A DNA stretch of 64,000 bases from Mustelus asterias (Eukaryota). Shown here in pieces: positions 12,803-26,567 of the stretch; position 1 is the stretch's first letter, and each line of letters opens with the position of its first letter. Under the pieces are notes generated by a model. It was not told the DNA's origin, did not search any database, and was given only the letters and a program-made list of their open reading frames with translations. The stretch lies in NCBI RefSeq assembly GCF_964213995.1, contig NC_135820.1, positions 62,682,001-62,746,000 of the forward strand. Reading direction: 5' to 3'. The translations under genes were made by a program, and so were the position numbers.

Positions 12803-13718
12803 CACTGTGGTTAGCACTGCTGCCTCACAGTGCCAGGGACATAGTTTCGATTGCCGGCTTGGGTCACTGTCAGTGCGGGATTTGCACATTAAGAAAGCAA
12901 ATGTAATGTTGTCATTTATTTCAAGAGGCTTGGAATACAAAAGCAGGGATGTACTTCTGAGGCTTTATAAAGCACTGGTTAGGCCCCATTTGGAGTACTG
13001 TGAGCAATTTTGGGCCCCACACCTCAGGAAGGACATACTGGCACTGGAGCGGGTCCAGCGGAGATTCACACGGATGATCCCGGGAATGGTAGGCCTGACA
13101 TACGATGAACGTCTGAGGATCGTGGGATTGTATTCATTAGAGTTTAGGAGGTTGAGGGGAGATCTAATAGAAACTTACAAGATAATGAACGGCTTAGATA
13201 GGATGGACGTAGGGAAGTTGTTTCCATTAGCAGGGGAGACTAGGACGCGGGGGCACAGCCTTAGAATAAAAGGGAGTCACTTTAGAACAGAGATGAGGAG
13301 AAATTTCTTCAGCCAGAGAGTGGTAGGTCTGTGGAATTCATTGCCACAGAGGGCTGTGGAGGCCGAGACGTTAAGCGTCTTCAAGACAGAAATTGATAAA
13401 TTCTTGATTTCTCGAGGAATTAAGGGCTATGGGGAGAGAGCGGGTAAATGGAGTTGAAATCAACCATGATTGAATGGTGGAGTGGACTCGATGGGCCGAA
13501 TGGCCTTACTTCCGCTCCTATGTCTTATGGTCTTATGTCTACGTGGGTTTCCTCTGTGCTCCAGTTTCCTCCCACAGTCTGAAAGATGTGCTGGTTAGGT
13601 GCATTGGCCATGCTAAATTCTCCCTCAATGTACTCGAACAGACGCCGGAGTGTGGCAACTAGGGGATTTTCACAATAACTTCATTGCTGTGTTAATGTAA
13701 GCCTACTTGTGACACTAC
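12803..13718 (+). mobile_element. V-SINE type B split by CR1 (12803-12890 + 13539-13718)
   Basis: The two halves rejoin in register across the CR1 insert. Confidence 0.85.
12891..13538 (+). mobile_element. CR1 LINE 3' fragment inserted in a V-SINE
   Basis: LYKALVRPHLEYC...LRGDLIE...TRGH...WNSLP; TATGTCTTATGGTCTTATG tail. Confidence 0.93.
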
Positions 13719-14548
13719 TTTAAAACGATATCGATGCTGAAAAAATGGTCAAATAATGGACCACAGGGTCTGTGGCTTGGTTTCCACATTGAAAAGTATT
13801 TGGATCTCCCTTTGGGTAGCTTGTGGTCTAATCTGTATTAGCAAGGTTCCGTTATACTTGTGCATGACCTGGGTCTGGCTAGGAGAAGTTTGTTTAAAAA
13901 AAAACTATTTATTTACGAGACATTCATAATAATCTTCCAGGTAAGAGCAATTTTCTCATGCACATGCTAATCTATCTTTCTTCGTAATCTCTTGTACATG
14001 ACTGCTAAAGCCACTGTCACATCATGATACACATCACTATCTCATTCCCAGAAATAATAACACTGTAGTTTCTTTCAGGACATCAGAATTTTTACACGTT
14101 GTGCCAGACAGGACTTTGAGAGTTAGGGTGCTGGAAATAAGGATCTGTCAATGAACCTTTATCCTGCCATGGAGCTCTCTCACTTCTGACCAGCCAATTA
14201 TCACTCAATTCTGCAAGCATGAGTAACGACCGGCAATGATGTTTCACCAGTCAGAAGCGAAACACGCTGTTGGCGATACAAAAACCCTCCATCACCACTT
14301 TCAAATACGGTTGAGGGCTGATTCTATCACAAGGGATTTGTCCTTTAAAATAGGTCTAACTGAGCCATCTTATCTTGCCTGTTCCATCCCTCTGGGTTCA
14401 ATTATAACAACATATGGATCTGTCCTGGACAAAAAAAAGCCAAGTTATTTCAAAGGTTCAAAATGAAATTCAAGCCTTGTTTGATACAAAATGAAAATAA
14501 ATTTGTTGGATGGAAAGAACGCAGTCGTCGAAATAATAACAATTATAC

Positions 14549-14873
14549 GGACAGCAGGGTGGCACGATGGTTAGCACTGCTGCCTCACTGTACCAGGGAC
14601 CCGAGTTCGACTCCTGGCTTGGGTCACTGTCTGTGTGGAGTTTGCACATTCTCCCTGTTGTCTGCGCGGGTTCCCTCCAGCTGCTCCGGTTTCCTCCCAC
14701 ATTCCAAAAATGTGCGGGGTTAGGTGGATTGGCCGTGCTAAATTGCCCCTTAGTGTCAGGGGAACTTGCTAGGGTAAATGCATGGGATTAGGGCCTGGGT
14801 GGGATTGTGGTCGGTGCAGACTCGATGAGCCGAATGGCCTCCTTCTGCACTGTAGGGATTCTATGATTCTATA
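14549..14873 (+). mobile_element. HE1-type V-SINE (type A)
   Basis: Full head to ATTCTATGATTCTAT tail. Confidence 0.92.
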
Positions 14874-16253
14874 ACCTGCTACCGAGGAACTGAGTAAAAC
14901 AGATGTCTTGGGTAAGTGAATCTTGGCAAAGTACGATTGGGGATCCGGATGGGGAGTATTTAGGACGCGAGTTTCCAATTAGTTCAAGAGCTTCACAGCT
15001 ACTTTTAAAGAAAACAGTTTGTAATTTCATCTTTCTTTTAACCTTATTTTGAGTGACTTTCGTGTTGAACTCAATTGTCATACATAAGGATAACTGAATG
15101 TTGTGGGCCTAAGTGATAGATGTAGCACTGCATCTTGTTGACAGCTGGTCTTCAATGTATATCCTGTTTCACATACCAGCTGCAGCCCTGACATCGCCTG
15201 CACGCTCCTCATTAAAGGAATGTCGGTTCCAATTTAATGTTGAAAAACACAAGGGTCACGGTGTTCGGATATAAAGCAGTTAAAAGCTTTCAAGCTGCTT
15301 TTTACACCAAGTCACAAAACGAAATCAATTCAACCTGACCTGCTTACAAAATAGGCTGACTTTCCTCAGGTCGGGCGGGCGGGATGGGAGAATTCCGATC
15401 AAACCCACCACGTTGAACGCATCTTTAAAATGCGTTCATTTCAAGAAGTTCTGTGCTTTTACTGATGTTCATTAATGCAGAAAAGGACCCGTGCATGTAA
15501 GTATTTCCTTTGTGCATTTATTCAGTGGAAAGTGTTCAAAACAACTGCCTTGCATTGTTCAGTGCAGGAGCACTACAGACTGGAAAGACCTGAGAACATC
15601 TGCAATAATGTTTTAGTACACACAGAGTTCAATAATGGAGAAAGTTCAAAGTAGTGGATGAATTCAAGGAAATATCCTATTTTGGCCAACGGGTTATTTT
15701 TGGTAAATGTCATTTTAAAGTGTAGAACCTGTCTGAGAGCACTAGTCATAAAATGTAAAGCAAAATAGGCAAGAACTTAATTATATTGGGGCAGATATTC
15801 CTTTTCATCTCCTGGACGGTAATCCAGGGAAGATTGACTGTGCATTCTGGAACTCGCCAATGTTTTATTCTATTCGTTCTGGACAATCGATTCTGACAGA
15901 TTACTGATGAGGTGGTAGAAACATGAACTATCCCATGATGTGCTGTGATTAATAACTCATTCACAATCCAGAGGTTTAGCATCAGCACGAAACCAAAACA
16001 TAATATCAGTGCTAAACTTCAACGATAAAATGTCTGGTGAAAGCCCAGACTCCATAGGAGAGGGAGATGCCTTCCTCAGATCCTGAAGCCAGACTCAGGC
16101 TGTACTTACGTGATAATTGTAATGTCAATAGTTTGCACAAGCATTACAGTTGCAGTCTATATGTACTCATTACACTGTGAAGCTAGGAGATAGTGCTGTA
16201 TTAGTACTTGCATACATGAACAGCGTGTTGCTCCCCGGTGGGAATTTTACGAT

Positions 16254-16765
16254 ATAAAAACAGAAAAAGCTGGAAAAACCTCAGCAGGTCTGACTGCATC
16301 TGTGGACAGAGAATACAGCCAATGTTTTGAATCAGGATGATCGAGGGGCTGTATTCTCTCTCCACAGGTGCTGTTAGGCCTCATTGAATCATAGAATCCC
16401 GACAGTGCAGAAAGAGGCTATTTGGCCCATCGAGTCTGCACCGACCACAATTCCACCCAGGCCCTATTCCCGTAACCCCTCATATACCCTGCTAATTCCC
16501 CTGACACTAGGGTTAATTTAGCATGGTCAATCAACCTAACGCACACACCTTTGGACTGTGGGAGGAAGCTGGGGCACCCGGAGGAACTCATGCAGACACA
16601 GGGAGAATGTGCAAACTCCACACTGACAGTGACCCAAGGCCAGAATTGAACCTGGGTCCCTAGCGCTAACCACTGTGCCACCATGCCACCCATGAGACCT
16701 GCTGAGATTTTCCAGCATTTTCTGTTTTTGTACCAGATTCCAGCATCCGCAGTATTTTGCCTTTT
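16254..16765. mobile_element. Penelope-like terminal repeat in inverted arrangement, split by HE1
   Basis: CAGAAAAAGCTGGAAAAACCTCAGCAGGTCTG vs GACCTGCTGAGATTTTCCAGCATTTTCTG. Confidence 0.6.
16386..16691 (-). mobile_element. HE1-type V-SINE (type A)
   Basis: Inserted in a Penelope-like inverted repeat. Confidence 0.9.
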
Positions 16766-17677
16766 AAAAATGGGAGTTTTATGACGTTGGGAGATGGCAA
16801 ATCTTTTAAGCTACCTAGGAGATCGAACGGTCCTCTGAAGCACTTCATTATCACAAGCCCACATTTGGGAGTAAGGTTATATTTCATACACTGCCAAGCC
16901 CAAGTGGCATGAGATGGTCTCCTACAGGACGTTCCCATGTCATGTAGCCTTGGTTCTTTCATCAGACCTGCCTGTGATATTACGTTGTTACTTTAATGAC
17001 AACTTGTTTGTAATGCACATCAATGCCTGAAAGTAGTTGCCATAAATTGGAGAGTTCAGACAATTAAATCACTTGGTTAGATGTGTGGGTCATCCATTAA
17101 CCAAACCTCCTGCTGAAAGCTGCTAATTTTCCTTGTAACTGTTTATTTTTCTTACCTGCCAGCTGGTCTTCTTTGTGAGAGTTCCTGAGGATAATTTTTA
17201 TCAGCCTCTACATTGCACAGCATCGTTCTGATGCTGTTTAAAGCTCCAATCATTTGAACAAAAATGTTACTTTTCTTTTTTCCACAGAATCAAATTGTTT
17301 TCCAGCTTAGAAAATATACTCTTACAACCAATGATGTAATAATGTCAGAACACACAGTGAGGTCAGATTTAATAATTGACACAGCTTCCTGTAAAACACA
17401 TAGTTGATTTGGTTGACAATACTTGGGATAATAAATAACCCATCACCTAACTTTATTGTATTTTCACAAACAAGTCTCCAATAGGTACAGCATTTCTGAT
17501 GTGGGCACATTTAAGATAAGAGTCAAAACATTAAATCCATTTAAATACTAAGACTGTGGATTCTGACAGAAGCTTTCTTTATGCTTTGTGGTTAATTAAT
17601 TTGTAGCTAATAAAATTTCATTTGGAGATACATCTTTGCAGTCCAGCTGTTCACATAGATGATGTCAGATGGTAATT

Positions 17678-18647
17678 GAATCATAGAATCCCTACAGTGC
17701 AGAAGGAGGCCATTCGGCCCATTGAGCCTGCACTTTGATTTGATTTGATTTGATTTATTATTGTCACATGTATTAACATAGAGTGAAAAGTATTGTTTCT
17801 TGAGCGCTATACAGGCAAAGCATACCGTTCATAGTGGAGGAAACGAGAGGGTGCGGAATGTAGTTTTACAGTCATAGCTAGGGTTTAGAGAAAGATCAAC
17901 TTAGTGCGAGGTAGGTCCATTCAAAAGTCTGACAGCAGCAGGGAAGAAGCTTTTCTTGAGTCGGTTGGTACGTGACCTCAGACTTTTGTATCTTTTTCCC
18001 GACAGAAGAAGGTGGAAGAGAGAATGTCCGGGGTGCGTAGGGTCCTTAATTATGCTGGCTGCTTTGCCGAGGCAGCGGGAAATGTAGACAGAGTCAATGG
18101 ATGGGAGGCTGGTTTGTGTGATGGATTGAGCTACATTCACGACCTTTTGTAGTTCCTTACGGTCTTGGGCAGAGCAGGAGCCAGACCAAGCTGTGATACA
18201 ACCAGAAAGAATGCTTTCTATGATGCATCTGTAAAAGTTGACGAGAGTCGTAGCTGACATGCCAAATTTCTTTAGTCTTCTGAGAAAGTAGAGGCGTTGG
18301 TGGGCTTTCTTAACTATAGTCTCGGCATGGGGGGACCAGGACAGGTTGTTAGTGATCTGGACACCTAAAAACTTGAAGCTGACAACAATCCCACGCCAGC
18401 CCTATCCCCTTAACCCCACATATTTATCCCACTAATCCCCTTGCCACGAAGGAGCAATTTACCATGTTCAATTAACCTAACCTACACATCTTTGGACTGT
18501 GGGAGCAAGCCAGAGCACCCGGAGGAAACCCACACAGACTTGGAAAGAACGTGCAAACTCCACACAGACAGTCACCCCGAGGCCAGAATTGAACCTGGGT
18601 CCCTGGTGCTGTGAGGCAGTAGTGCTAACTACTGCGCCACCATGTCA
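17678..18647 (-). mobile_element. HE1-type V-SINE (type A) split by Rex1 (17678-17734 + 18382-18647)
   Basis: GAGCCTGCACT|GACAACAATCCC rejoins across the insert. Confidence 0.88.
17735..18381 (-). mobile_element. Rex1/Babar-like LINE 3' fragment inserted in an HE1 SINE
   Basis: FYRCIIESILSGCITAW...HPGHSLFHLLLSGKRYKSLRSRTNRLKKSFFPAAVRLLN; (TCAAA)n tail. Confidence 0.88.
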
Positions 18648-19795
18648 CCTGTATCCAGGAGTGATATTGCACACTGACGTTGCTAAGCGTATCAGGTGGA
18701 GTTTTTGCAAATATCAACCTAATTTCACATCTTACCCACTGCAAATTACTCCATAACCTAATCCCTGTTACTGTGAAGTGTCCAAAGCCTACTGTGTACG
18801 TACATCATCCTCAATATTACTCTCATCTTCAGAACTGACATTTTTTTCTGCACTTTTCTAAGGGCCTTTAAAATTAAGTGGAGAAAAATGATAGGGAAAC
18901 TAAAATCTGCCCCGTTGGCTGATGGGAGAGTGAAAAGAAGAGTGAGTGCCCTGATGTTCCCATCCTATTTGCAATCATTTACCTTTTTCTAACATAATAG
19001 GGTTACCGACAGATTATGTAAAGAAATAAGCTGTTTGGTGACTAAAAACCATAATTTCCCTCTAAATTGGTGCTGTGCTTTATTTGGGGCTTTGAACTGA
19101 TATGTGAACAGTGCACCATTACCTCAGGAAATATTTCATTGAACATAGCAGTGCCCTCATATGGCATTGGATCCTGTAATCCTGAAGTCCCCCCGTATTG
19201 CCTTCTACAAATGGGAAGAAAATGAATGAAATGCACTTTATTCTACAATTAATGTTTCATCCTTGCAATCTTTAACCACAAATCAGAAAATAATTGATAC
19301 TGTCTATGGATTATAAACATTTCTGAACTGCCAAATAGCTTCAATTATATCTTTGATACCACGTATGTCATTGGAAATTAAACACCAATTAGTATTATAC
19401 ATTAACATATCTCCACTTTTGATTAGTAAGTGCTCTGTTATCAGCTTTTCCACGAAGCAGGCCCCTTTAAGTTTCGAAAAAGATCCCATTGAAGAAGCCC
19501 ACGTGTGAAAAATATCAATTTATTTAAGTGAAACACATGTATTGGAGTAAAATAGAGTCAATGAATCCCTTGCAACATACTCACCCTGTTATATATACCC
19601 CTGTGGACTAAGGGGCATAAAGAATCACAAGGTAGGCTCTAACGCTGGGAGCTGTTTGTTGAAGGTGTGCACTCATTCATAGCCTGGTCTAAGACTGCAC
19701 AACAGGGTCCCCCACTGGACAGAGCTAATAGCCCCGGGATCACCTGACCCGTACGCTTAAAGGGGCAGTCCACACCCCAAACCCCAACATACAAG

Positions 19796-19876
19796 GGGCG
19801 AAATTTTCCCGTCCCGGACCATGCAAAGGTCTGTTGACCTCGGGCGGGATCTCGAGTGGGGCCAGAAAATCCCACC
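19796..19876. mobile_element. Harbinger-type MITE (internally deleted)
   Basis: TIRs GGGCGAAATTTTC / GAAAATCCCACCC; related copy at ~27690-27816. Confidence 0.65.
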
Positions 19877-20403
19877 CTATATATATATAATAATATATAT
19901 ACATCACACAAGGATTAACATTTAAAATCTCTTTAAAGGCAAACCACAAGTTATATTTTGTTCAGAAAAGAAAAGTATTTGTCAGAACCTGTGATCTGCA
20001 AAGAGATGGTAATTATTGATTCCAATGTTGTGAAGTAGATAACACTGCTGAAGTTGCTGCCTTACCTTAGTCTTACTGGAGTGTTTGAATGAGAATTGGA
20101 ATATTGTTGCCATCATAGAGCTCCAGTAGGACAGTTTTGCTGACGTTCATTCATGCCTGTTTGTGACCTTTGCCTGCACCCTGATAGAATCAGTTGTATG
20201 TGGATTGGCAATGTAAACAGAGAGGTGAAGTGAGCACATCAACGTACTCTGAGCAATACGTTTTCGACTGGCAAAACAGTAAACTCATAAATATCTCCTG
20301 TGTAATAAAGAACATAACAATCGGGCAAACTGGAATTTCCAACCTCAGCACCACGGGTCCCATTTCAGCAGATGCGACAAGCCTACCAAAGATCGATTGA
20401 CTT

Positions 20404-20720
20404 ATAGAATCATAGAATCCCTACAGTGCAGAAGGAGGCCATTTGGCCCATCGAGCCTGCACTGATAACAATCCCATTCAGCCCTATCCCCTTAACCCCA
20501 CCTATTTACCCTGCTAGTCCCCCTGACATTAAGGGGTAATTTAGCATGGCCAATCAACCCAACTCGCACATCTTTGGAGTGTGGGAGGGAACTGGATCAC
20601 CCGGAGGAAACCCACGCAGACATGGGGAGAATGTGCAAATTCCACACAGGCAGTCACCCAAAGGCCGGGTCCTTGGCGCGGTGAGGCAGCAGCGCTAACC
20701 ACTGTGCCACCGTGCCGTCC
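20404..20720 (-). mobile_element. HE1-type V-SINE (type A)
   Basis: Head, V-domain, tail. Confidence 0.92.
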
Positions 20721-21105
20721 ACTTTGGCAGGACTAGAAGATTCTGCCAGCAGGAGGGACTGGAAAATCCCACAGCGTGCTGCCCTGCATTGCATAAGAGT
20801 GAGGAAGAATCTGCACCAAGAGACATGATGAGTTTTGCGACGATACATTTGTCTCAGATAATAGATCAAAATGAATTATTGAATTGTATTGAATTCGCAC
20901 CTAACATTCAGTTCCGTTGCAGTCCTTGATCTTTTTATAGCTGGAATTCAAAGAAAATAGTTGGAGCGATTTTCTTAGCAGGGGCAAGTTAATAAAGCTG
21001 TTGACTTTCTTGACAGTCAGAGTTTTACTGCAGTCATTTATGAATGTACGAAAGCAAATAGTATCCAAAACCCTAGGCAGCAGAATCTCATTGCTCTTTC
21101 ACAGT

Positions 21106-22645
21106 GGGCGAGAACACTCGGAACAACAGGCCAGTTAGCCTCACATCTGTGGTGGGTAAATTGTTGGAAGGTATTTTGAGAGACAGGATCGACAGGCATT
21201 TAGAGATGCAAGGACTGATTAGGGACAGCCAGCATGGCTTTGTGAGTGGAAAATCATGTCTCACAAATTTGATTGAGTTTTTTGAAGGGGTAACCAAGAA
21301 GGTAGATGAGGACAGTGCAGTTGATGTTGTCTACATGAACTTTAGCAAGGCCTTTGACAAGGTACCGCATGGTAGGTTGTTGCCTAAAGTTAAATCTCAC
21401 AGGATCCAGGGCAAGGTATCTAAATGGATACAAAATTGGCTTCTTGACAGAAGCCAGAGGGTGGTTGTAGAGAGTTGTTTTTCAAACAGGAGGCCTGTGA
21501 CCAGCGGTGTACCTCAGGGATCAGTGCTGGGCCCACTGTTATTTGTCATTTATATTAATGATTTGGATGAGAATATAGGGAGCATGGTTAGTAAGTTTGC
21601 AGATGACACCAAGATTGGTGGCATGGTGAACAGTGAGGAAGGTTATCTCCAATTGCAGCGAGATCTTGATCAATTGGGCCAGTGGGCTGACGAATGGCAG
21701 ATGGAGTTTAATTTAAAGAAATGCGAGGTAATGCATTTTGGTAGATTGAACCAGGGCAGGACTTACACAGTTAATGGTAGGGCGTTGGGAAGAGTTACAG
21801 AACAAAGAGATCTAGGGGTACATGTTCATAGCTTCTTGAAAGTTGAGTCACAGGTGGACAGAGTGGTGAAGAAGGCATTTGGCATGCTTGGTTTCATCAG
21901 TCAGAACGTTGAATACAGGAGTTGGGACGTCTTGTTGAAGTTGTGCAAGACATTGGTAAGGCCACACTTGGAATACTGTGTGCAATTCTGGTCACCCTAT
22001 TATAGAGAGGATATTATTAAACTAGAAAGAGTGCAGAAAAGATTTACTAGGATGCTACCGGGACTTGATGGTTTGAGTTATAAGGAGAGGTTGGATAGAC
22101 TGGGACTTTTTTCTCTGGAGCATAGGAGGCTGACGGGTGACCTTATAGAGGTCTATAAAATAATGAGGGGCATAGACAAGGTAGATAGTCAATATCTTTT
22201 CCCAAAGGTAGGGGAGTCTAAAACTAGAGGGCATAGGTTTAAGGTGAGAGGGGAGAGATACAAAAGTGTCCAGAGGGGCAATTGTTTCACACAGAGGGTG
22301 GTGGGTGTCTGGAACAAGCTGCCAGAGGTAGTAGTAGAGGCGGGTACAATTTTATCTTTTAAAAAGCATTTAGATAGTTACATGGGTACGATGGGTGTAG
22401 AGGGATATGGGCCAAATACAGACAATTGGGATTAGTTTAGGGATTTTGAAACAAAAAAAAATAAGGGCGGCATGGACAAGTTGGGCCGAAGGGCCTGTTT
22501 CCATGCTGTAAACCTCTATGACTCTATGTTCTGGCTCTTCACACTGGTGGGATCTTCCAGTCCTGCCAAAGTCTGTGGATGTTTAAATGGCTCGCCGCAT
22601 CTGCCATTGGGAAACATGCTGCAGCAGAGCTGGAAAATCCCAGCT
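21106..22645. mobile_element. Harbinger-type MITE split within its left TIR by the CR1
   Basis: AGT on both outer flanks; body 22529-22645 similar to the 28803 and 29611 MITEs. Confidence 0.5.
21121..22528 (+). mobile_element. CR1 LINE, 5'-truncated, young; open RT-domain ORF2 fragment (ORF 21104-22435)
   Basis: RPVSLTSVVGK, QHGF, FSKAFDKV, GVPQGSVLGP, KFADDTK, LVRPHLEYC, WNKLP motifs; ends in CTATGACTCTATG tail. Confidence 0.95.
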
Positions 22646-24104
22646 AGTCTACATTTGGCATCGGAGAACAAAGTTTTGAAATTGTTTTAATTTGAAAAAA
22701 GACTTGCTGAGGTGTAAAATGACATTTATAGTCATGGGGGAGTGGGGATCATATCGGATTGTCCCACCAGTCGATCAGCGTGGTGAGCTGGTAAGATCAG
22801 GCGAGAGGCGAAATATTGATTCTAAAAATTGTGATCTTACCGGCATTGTTTTACAGACTAAATGGGCTTTGCGTCCATATAGGGGGAGCCCGGCACATGG
22901 AGCGATTGGCAGCGGGTCCCAATGTCCGTTGGGGGCAATGTTGGTGGGGAGTGACAAGAGATCTCCCAGTACACAGTGTACATGTGTACACAGTACACTG
23001 GGAGATTAGGGCACATGCGCAATGGCACCTCTAGAGTTCAGCAGTTGACTTCCCGGCATGATTTGGCTTCGCCCCCTCCCCCAGCTGGCAAGAATCGCAT
23101 TGTGACTTTTTTATGACTAAGTGCCATAAGATTGCATTTTTCAACTCGCTGAAGAAATGAGTCTGAAACTCTCCCATTTTCTCGCTCATTCAGCACTGAG
23201 AATATTTTTGGTAAGATTGCTCCCCATGTAATTCAATGGTATGGTTTCTATTATTGGGGCAGTGTCCTTACAAAAAGAGGTAGAATCGTTGCCTTAATGT
23301 TAACATAGATGTGGAATTATAAGGTTCAAATATGGCTCACAATTATTCCAATGAATTGTATGTATCTTAAATATTTTTGAATATATGCCACGTTTTAGCA
23401 TTTCATGTTTTTGGGCTCTGATCTTTGGTTCAGTACATGAAACAGAATATTGTATAATTATAGCTTCATTAGTTTGCTCCATATCCACATGAATAGGACT
23501 GGCTAATTAAGCATCTTTTTAATGGTATCATTTGGGATATGTAGAAAGAGAACCAGTTGAAAAAAGAAAAATCTTTTGTGATGTGGGAGCATTTTTTTTT
23601 TGCTTCTAATTCTAATTCCCAATTTAATGCATGTACAAAGTCAAAAACGCGTTAATGTAGAGCTCAATTTTCCATCAACTCTCTCAAGTATACAGTTAGG
23701 AGCCTAGAAGCTTCATTCTTTACTATTCCGTAGCATTCAAGTTTCAGTCAAAGCAACTGCCGCAAAATGTAGAAATCCTCCCAATCCGCAAATGCAGATT
23801 TGTGAATCGCCACTGCCAACATACGATATAGTTCAGCATCGACATGGATCATGGTGTCAGGTGTTATTGCGCTACTGCCAACCTGCAATCTCATCTAGCA
23901 AGGTGGAAGAGGCTGAACAGGTAGTAATTGTCAAGGTTAAATTTGTCATTAGTCTTTTGGCTAGGACATAATTACTACTTTTTTCCAGGAATGTCATCCT
24001 TGCAAGAGATCCATTATTCTCTTGAAATGAATGGAGCCTGCTGGTGTAGGCACGGTGAAGGTGGTGGGGTGTGTGTGCCAGGAGAATCGGACGCATCCGA
24101 TAAA

Positions 24105-24366
24105 CATGAACATACGAACTAGGAGCAGGAGAAGGCCACTTGGCCCCTCGAGTCTGCTTGGCCATTTGATGAGATCATGGTTCCTTTGACCCAGTTGTCA
24201 GTCAGGAATCAATCCAGCTCAACCCCTAAGAATATTCAATGATCCAGCCTCCACTGCATCCTGGGGAAGAGAATTCCACAGACTAAAGACCCTGTGAGAG
24301 AAAATATTTCACCTCGTCTCTATCTTAAATAGGAGACCCTCTATTTTTGAACTCTGCTCCCTAGTT
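24105..24366 (-). mobile_element. CR1 3' end fragment
   Basis: CATGAACATACGAACTAGGAGCAGG tail region and GAATTCCACA (WNS) motif. Confidence 0.75.
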
Positions 24367-24369
24367 CCT

Positions 24370-24550
24370 GGCTGGGATTTTCCGGACTCCTCTCTATGGT
24401 GGGTTTTCCCATGGAGGAGGTGGCTCACTATTGGCTGCCAGTGGGATATTCCAGTCCCGCCGAAGCCATTTGCATTGCTCACCAGCCACACCATCAGGAA
24501 ACCCGCTATGGAGGGTTGCCTTCAGTGGGACTGGAAGAACCCACCAGCAG
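24370..24550. mobile_element. Harbinger-type MITE (same family as 28803/29611)
   Basis: GGCTGGGATTTTCC end and shared internal motifs. Confidence 0.55.
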
Positions 24551-24599
24551 CATGGGCTGGAGAGGTCCCCCCCCTTCCCCAGTATTTCCATAATACACT

Positions 24600-26070
24600 C
24601 CATCTGCCACATTTTTCTTCAATCACTTATCTAGGTTGCTCATTACTTCTTCAAAGAACTCTAATAAATTAATCAAACACTATCTCCCTTTCACAAAAAC
24701 ATGTTGATTCTGCTTCATTGCATTAAAATTTTCTAATTGCCCTCCTAGAACCTCCTTGATAATAGATTTCAGCATTTTTCCTCTCTTTTCTTTACTGATT
24801 TGAAGGGTGGGATTTTCCACTTCTGTCCACATCGAGCAGGTTCAGCGACGGGAGTGGAACATATTGCAAAAAGGTCAAAGTCACATTTTATGTCTAACTA
24901 AAAGCAGGAAAGGATTGTGCCTCCTGTCTCCTCCAGTCCTCCCCCATCTTTAAATTTCTTAGTTATCCACGAATAATGCACCCTTCTCTTAGAGTCTTTA
25001 TTTCTTTCCTACTGGAATGTATTTTTGCTGAGTGTTATGAAATATCTTAATAATATCTTCCAATGCATCTCTACAGACTTATCCCTTAAGCTAGTTTCCT
25101 GGCTCACTTTTGTCAGCTCTGTCTTCATACACTATAAATTACACTTACTTTAGTTTAAAACACTAGTTGTAGACCCACTCCTCTTTCCCTCAAATTGAAT
25201 GCAAAATTCAATCATGTTATGATCACTGCTACTACTTGGGATGCCTTTACTACAAAGTCATTAATTCATCCAATCCCATTACACATTACCAGGTTGGTTC
25301 TCGAATGTGATGGTCTAATATACTGTGCCAAAAACATTCCATGAACTCATCTCCCTGGCTGCCTTCGCCAATCTGATTTGTCCAATCTATATGTAGATTA
25401 AAATCACCCATGATTATTGCCATACTTTTCTTACAAGCCCCTCTACACCCTAGCTATGACTGTAACACTACACTCTGCGCTCTCTCATTTCCTTCTCTAT
25501 GAATGGTATGCTTTGTCTGTATAGCGTGCAAGAAACAATACTTTTCACTGTATGTTAATACATGTGACAATAATAAATCAAATCATTCTTTCTTCCAGTA
25601 TACCCTATCTTTCAGTGTAGCCATCGTTAGGGGACCCATAAACTATTTCCTCAAGGGACTTTTATATTTGCTATTTCTTATCCTTACACAAACTGGTTTA
25701 ACATTGTGATCTTAAAATCATCCCTCACTACTGTGCTAATGTCATCCTTAATTACGCCACCTTCTTTTCTTAGCTTTCTGTCCTTCCGAAACATTAAGTA
25801 ACCTTGAATATTCAGGTTCCATCCTTTGTAATCTTGCCCCTGTCACTATGATGTCTATCAGATCATACATATTTATTTCTATTGGAGCTGACAGAATGAT
25901 TTGTTCTGTTATGAATGCTATGCACAGTCAGCCAAGAAGCCTCTAGTTCTGTCATTTTTACCATCTTTGCAACCTCTGCTGGCGCGTTCTTAAGTTTGCA
26001 CAGTCTGACCTTTCCTGCCATGTTCTGATTTTCATTACCTGCAGTGCTATCTTGCTGTCTTGTCTTGTTC
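24600..26070 (-). mobile_element. Old CR1 fragments (endonuclease region)
   Basis: Collinear similarity to 35880-36440; interrupted by a MITE and a Rex1 3' UTR. Confidence 0.65.
25442..25584 (+). mobile_element. Rex1/Babar-like 3' UTR fragment
   Basis: Reverse complement of 17750-17890; ends TGTGACAATAATAAATCAAATC. Confidence 0.8.
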
Positions 26071-26567
26071 TCTCCTGGGAAAACTGTCTGAGATTTAGGG
26101 TGGTCTGGAAAGGGCCTGACAGGGAAATCCTGATGGTGGGATGTCAATTAGGCTCAATCATGAGCGACCTAAAGCCAATTATCCTTGTGCAGAGAAAGGG
26201 CGGGTGCCGAACTTGCCGACCTTGGTAGCGCAAAGTCTCATCTGCACGTCCATGGGCAGTTTTCTGCTTGAAATTGGCAGTGGTATCGCTGCCAGAGGCG
26301 GAAGAGGCCACCAAAACTCAGATAGAGTAAAGAGGGTGTTGGCGTCGAACAAACTGTTAATTAAGGCAACAAGGACAAATCTTACAGCATACTCAGAAGC
26401 TATAGAGAAATTCTTTTATTGTTAAAAATTATCCAATTGATCTGTGATCCAGCCACCCAGAACTGTGAAGGTAGATAGATTTTAACTCTATTGTAAATGA
26501 GTGTTAGACTGGTGTCAGCAGCTTCTGCTTCACTTGAAAAGAAGGATATTTTTGTATGTGTATTCTT

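Noticed and set aside
17156-17252. Minus-strand open frame ending at a CAG|GTAAG donor
   Set aside because: Peptide unrecognised and no partner exons found.
21104-22435. 443-aa RT ORF as a novel or domesticated gene
   Set aside because: Typical 5'-truncated young CR1 lacking the endonuclease; its GTG start and first codons come from flanking sequence.
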